64,000 nt of DNA from a virus: positions 15,751 through 79,750 of the IMG/VR virus record IMGVR_UViG_3300032236_001645. One strand, given 5' to 3'. Positions 60,284-64,000 of this stretch are shown one piece after another; position 1 is the first letter of the stretch, and every line of letters starts with the position of its first letter. Under the pieces are notes generated by a model. That model was not told where the DNA came from, made no database searches, and saw only the letters and a program-made list of their open reading frames with translations. The translations under genes and the position numbers were made by a program.

Positions 60284-61050
60284 TGAGTTTAAATAATACC
60301 ATCTTCAAAATCCTTGAGGAACAAAACATTTTAGGGACAACAAAAACAAAACCTATTGTTAAAGCAATAAAGGATAGGAAGAAGATTTCATTTTATTATA
60401 CAGGTCCAAGAAAAGCAGAAAAAGATAGTGTAAAACCAGGTAGAAGAATTGATGCTGAAGCCGTTGCATTAGGTTTAAGTAAAAAAGGTAATTTAATTAT
60501 AAGAGCATATGTTCAACCACCTTCAGTTTCTAAAAAAGGATTTGAAAAAACGGGATGGAGAACTTTTATGGTAAGTAGAATGAGTGATTTAAGAATAAGT
60601 GATGAACGTTTTGATCAAAAAAAACCTGATTATAAAGAAGGTAATGACAATTCAATGAGTGTTACTTATGTAACTTCTGATTGGACTAACAAACCTGAAA
60701 TTAAAAAATCAAGAATTACTAAACCAAGTAAAACCCCAACAAAACCTCAACCAACTGAACCACAACCTACTGAACCACAAGTGGAACCAACTGCAGAACC
60801 AGTTCAAGAACCAACACAACAACCAACACCCGCACCACAACCACCAGCTCAACCAACTCAAGAACCTCAACCTGAAACAGGAACAACACCTGAAACTCAA
60901 ACTAACAAACCACAAAAACCAGAAGATTTACCTCAACCAAAACCTGAAGTTAAACCATCTGTTAATCCTGAAGGAAAACCAGATGAAGAGGAAGAAGATG
61001 AAGTATTAAAAGAATCAATTAGAAAAATAAAACATTTAATGTTCTTTTAA
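60283..61050 (+). CDS. WYL-domain protein with Pro/Gln/Thr/Glu linker (255 aa)
   Basis: IVKAIKDRKKISFYY.G...GRR...ALG...IIRAY...GWRTF.VSRM..L.I. Confidence 0.75.
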   Translation: MSLNNTIFKILEEQNILGTTKTKPIVKAIKDRKKISFYYTGPRKAEKDSVKPGRRIDAEAVALGLSKKGNLIIRAYVQPPSVSKKGFEKTGWRTFMVSRMSDLRISDERFDQKKPDYKEGNDNSMSVTYVTSDWTNKPEIKKSRITKPSKTPTKPQPTEPQPTEPQVEPTAEPVQEPTQQPTPAPQPPAQPTQEPQPETGTTPETQTNKPQKPEDLPQPKPEVKPSVNPEGKPDEEEEDEVLKESIRKIKHLMFF

Positions 61051-61086
61051 AAAATGTTATTATTAATTTAAAAAATATTTATAGTT

Positions 61087-61680
61087 ATGTCACAACAAGG
61101 AAATGGAGTAATATCTCAAAACGATTTAATGAAAAAATTAGTACAATCAAAAAAGGTTATGAATATGGTTGATGGCGGAAATTATGAAAGAGGAAATGTT
61201 AATGAAGATATAATAATGTCATCACCAGATGAATTAATGGAAAATACTAATATACAATCTAATAGAGCCACTCGTCCTGTTGGAAATGTAAACCCTGATA
61301 AAATACAAAATTCAAGATTACCTGAAGCAATAAAAAGAGCCATGATTGAACATCCAATAGAACAAATGCCTTCAATTTCATTAAATGAAACTTTAGATAT
61401 GGATTTCATTAAAGGTGCAAAACGTTTAATGGAACAAGAAGGTGTATCAACAAAACAAAAAACAGTTGTACCATTTTCTAAACAACAAACACAATCATCC
61501 AATATTGATATGAATGTAATTGCAACTTTAATTGAAAATACTGTTCGTAAAGTAATGGATGAAAAATTAAATCAAATTCTTACTGCTCAACAAACTCAAA
61601 CAATCAACGAAAACTTAGTGTTAAAAGTTGGTGATTCAGTATTTAAAGGAAAAATTACCGGAGTTAATAAATCCAAATAA
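61087..61680 (+). CDS. Hypothetical protein (197 aa)
   Basis: TATTTATA at 61076-61083 directly upstream; SRLPEAIKRAMIEHPI. Confidence 0.65.
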   Translation: MSQQGNGVISQNDLMKKLVQSKKVMNMVDGGNYERGNVNEDIIMSSPDELMENTNIQSNRATRPVGNVNPDKIQNSRLPEAIKRAMIEHPIEQMPSISLNETLDMDFIKGAKRLMEQEGVSTKQKTVVPFSKQQTQSSNIDMNVIATLIENTVRKVMDEKLNQILTAQQTQTINENLVLKVGDSVFKGKITGVNKSK

Positions 61681-61732
61681 TTTTGTTTTCTTAATTTTTT
61701 TTATTATATTATTGACATATAACTAATATTAA

Positions 61733-62956
61733 ATGTCAAAATTGAGAATTTTAGCCATACCTCCTGATAAACATGGAGTTGGTAAATTTAGAATAATGGA
61801 TCCATATACTTTTATTGGTGAAAATTATTCAGATGAAGTACACGTAGATATCACCTACAATGCAGAAAATAATGATGAATATTTTTTAAATTACGATATT
61901 GTAGTTTTTCATACTTTTATTCACCAAACAAATCATGATGATAACATTAATAGAATTAATTGGTTAAAATCCAAAGGTATTATTACTATTATGGATATTG
62001 ATGATTTATGGTTTGTTGATCAAAGACACCCTGCATATCACGCTATCAAAGCAAACAAAGTTGGTGAAATGAAAATCAATATGTTAAAATCTGTTGATTA
62101 TGTCACAACGACAACTCCTATTTTTGCTAAAACAATTAAAGATAGTTTAAAAGTTAAAAACGTTGAAATTTTTCCAAATGCCGTTAACGATAAAGAACCA
62201 CAATATGAAATTAATCCAACAAAATCAGATAAAGTTAGATTTGGTTGGTTAGGTGGTTCATCTCATTTGTCTGACATTGAATTAATGACAAATGGTATTT
62301 CATCAACTTACAACGCTTTTAAAGATAAAGTACAATTTGTTTTATGTGGTTTTGATTTAAGAGGAACAGTAACTGAAATTGATCCAACAACAAAACAACA
62401 AAGACAAAGACCTATACAACCAATGGAAACAGTTTGGTATAGATATGAAAAGATTTTTACTGATAACTATAAAACGTTAGATAATAATTACGTTGCGTTT
62501 TTGAACACATTTGCCGATATACCATATCCCGATGAGGATAAACCATATAGAAGAAGATGGACTAAAGAAATTTCAACATACGCTTCAAATTATAATTATT
62601 TTGATGTGTCATTAGCTCCTTTAGTTGAATCAAAATTTAACGCAAATAAATCACAATTAAAAGTAATTGAAGCTGGTTTTCATAAAAAAGCAATCATTGC
62701 TAGTGAAACTGATCCATATACTTTAGATTTAATTTCAGCGGTTGATGAAGGTAAGTTTAACGATAAAGGAAATGCTTTGTTAGTTAATACAAAAAAGAAT
62801 CATAAAGATTGGGCAAAACATATGAAACGTTTAGTTGAGAATCCTAACATGATTGAAGACTTAGGTAATCGTTTATATGAAACAGTTAAAGACAAATATT
62901 CATTAAAGAAAACTTGTCAAGATAGAGTAGAATTTTTTAAATCAATAATAAAATAG
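61733..62956 (+). CDS. GT-B fold glycosyltransferase (family 4-like)
   Basis: MDIDDLW, VDYVTTTT, FPNAV, RFGWLGGSSH..D, DVSLAPL...FN..KSQLKVIEAG. Confidence 0.85.
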   Translation: MSKLRILAIPPDKHGVGKFRIMDPYTFIGENYSDEVHVDITYNAENNDEYFLNYDIVVFHTFIHQTNHDDNINRINWLKSKGIITIMDIDDLWFVDQRHPAYHAIKANKVGEMKINMLKSVDYVTTTTPIFAKTIKDSLKVKNVEIFPNAVNDKEPQYEINPTKSDKVRFGWLGGSSHLSDIELMTNGISSTYNAFKDKVQFVLCGFDLRGTVTEIDPTTKQQRQRPIQPMETVWYRYEKIFTDNYKTLDNNYVAFLNTFADIPYPDEDKPYRRRWTKEISTYASNYNYFDVSLAPLVESKFNANKSQLKVIEAGFHKKAIIASETDPYTLDLISAVDEGKFNDKGNALLVNTKKNHKDWAKHMKRLVENPNMIEDLGNRLYETVKDKYSLKKTCQDRVEFFKSIIK

Positions 62957-62962
62957 AATCAC

Positions 62963-63199
62963 ATGCATTATTTAGTTACAATCGGTTATGAAACCGAACA
63001 AATGGACAGAAACGGTAATCCTCGTTTACAAAAATTAAAGTACATCGTTGAAGCGGAAACTGTTGAAGAAGCAACAATTGTTGCAGCAAAATACAGAGCT
63101 GGAGACGTACGTTCAAGTGAAAGTATTGCGGTTGCAAAAATGGCAATTGAATGTATCATTGATCCAAAGAACACTCCAGAGTACTACAAAACAAAATAA
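62963..63199 (+). CDS. Hypothetical protein (78 aa), DUF4494-like
   Basis: KYIVEAETVEEA pattern. Confidence 0.5.
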   Translation: MHYLVTIGYETEQMDRNGNPRLQKLKYIVEAETVEEATIVAAKYRAGDVRSSESIAVAKMAIECIIDPKNTPEYYKTK

Positions 63200-63219
63200 C
63201 AATTTAAACACCAACTGAT

Positions 63220-63435
63220 ATGGACTTCTACAGTCGTGAAATACAAATTATGCGTCAATCGCAGAGTAAAATGGCTTTAGATTATGTAACATCAGTTGGT
63301 GTTACTGTTAGTGTCGAAGAACTAATAAGAATTACAGAATTATTTGTTGAATTATGTTTAAAACCTCAAGATGAAGATTTGAAAAAAAGAGTAAAATCTT
63401 TGGATAAATGGTTAGAAGAAAAGAAAAAAAATTAA
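63220..63435 (+). CDS. Hypothetical protein (71 aa)
   Basis: ORF within the operon. Confidence 0.6.
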   Translation: MDFYSREIQIMRQSQSKMALDYVTSVGVTVSVEELIRITELFVELCLKPQDEDLKKRVKSLDKWLEEKKKN

Positions 63436-63436
63436 A

Positions 63437-64000
63437 ATGGAAAAAGAAGATTTAGAAAATTATTTAAAACAATTGAAAGACTTAGAACAATCTATAAATG
63501 AACAAGAAGACACTATGGATTTTGGTTTTTTAAATGAAATTGATGATATACTAAAAAAAATATCACAAGAACCAACAATAAATCCCACAAATTCGTTTAA
63601 CGGTACATCACCTAATGTTCCCTATGGGGAATATACAACACCTAAAAATAATTCCATGGTGTTAGTTAAAGTAAAAAAATTAATTCCTGATGCCGTTGTA
63701 CCTTCATATTCTAAAGTAGGTGATGCTGGTATGGATTTAACAATTACAGATATTAAAGAAAATACCAGTTTTAGTATTACATATGGTTTTGGTATTGCAA
63801 TGGAAATTCCTGAAGGACATGTAGGTTTAATTTTTCCAAGATCCTCAGTAAGAAATCATGATTTAATTTTATCAAATTGTGTGGGTGTAATTGATAGTGG
63901 TTACAGAGGAGAAATCCAAGCCACTTTTAAAAAGACACAAGGTTTTGATAGTATTTCTTATATTGTTGGTGATAGTGGTTCACAAATAATTATTCTTCCT
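63437..64000 (+). CDS. dut: Trimeric dUTPase with acidic N-terminal extension, partial (runs off window end)
   Basis: ATG at 63437; GDAGMDL, FPRSS, GVIDSGYRGEI motifs. Confidence 0.92.
   Translation, partial: MEKEDLENYLKQLKDLEQSINEQEDTMDFGFLNEIDDILKKISQEPTINPTNSFNGTSPNVPYGEYTTPKNNSMVLVKVKKLIPDAVVPSYSKVGDAGMDLTITDIKENTSFSITYGFGIAMEIPEGHVGLIFPRSSVRNHDLILSNCVGVIDSGYRGEIQATFKKTQGFDSISYIVGDSGSQIIILP

Noticed and set aside
14937-63174. Short antisense or alternate-frame ORFs in the track (e.g. 18174, 25163, 29807, 39257, 50806, 56589, 61182)
   Set aside because: They lie within or largely overlap well-supported genes and have no recognisable motifs or initiation signals
1-64000. Stop-codon reassignment, as in some large phages
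   Set aside because: The standard code gives dense, intact genes; TAG ends genes normally (e.g. 27655, 44991)

Overview
An AT-rich 64 kb segment of a large T4-like (contractile-tailed) bacteriophage genome. No cellular housekeeping operons, rRNA, tRNA, integrase or CRISPR array were seen. The host is probably Bacteroidota: there is a TTTG-N20-TATATTTG sigma-A-type promoter, A-rich translation starts without Shine-Dalgarno sites, and SprB-like repeats. Most of the window is a minus-strand tail/baseplate module (sheath, tube, tape measure, gp26/gp51-like chaperones, gp6, gp25, hub proteins, neck gp13/14/15-like, long Thr/Pro-rich and Gly-Ser/Thr collagen-like fibres). This is interleaved with replication genes (SSB, RecA/UvsX, 5'-3' nuclease, DnaB/gp41 helicase, class II RNR, SNF2 helicase, family B polymerase). 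It ends in a plus-strand block of probable head-internal proteins, a WYL protein, a glycosyltransferase and dUTPase. The main signals not in the ORF track are: a parS-like palindrome beside a CTAG-rich putative origin between sheath and tube; a candidate +1 frameshift (UUU_UUU_CGU_C) in the chaperone gene upstream of the tape measure; a sense-strand TATTTAT motif (the reverse complement of the T4 late promoter) before 18 genes; a small RHH gene with inverted-repeat operators facing the sheath gene; and a 2228-aa mucin-like fibre with 14 conserved knots at lengthening intervals and SprB-like tip repeats. All family assignments come from motif recognition, not database searches.
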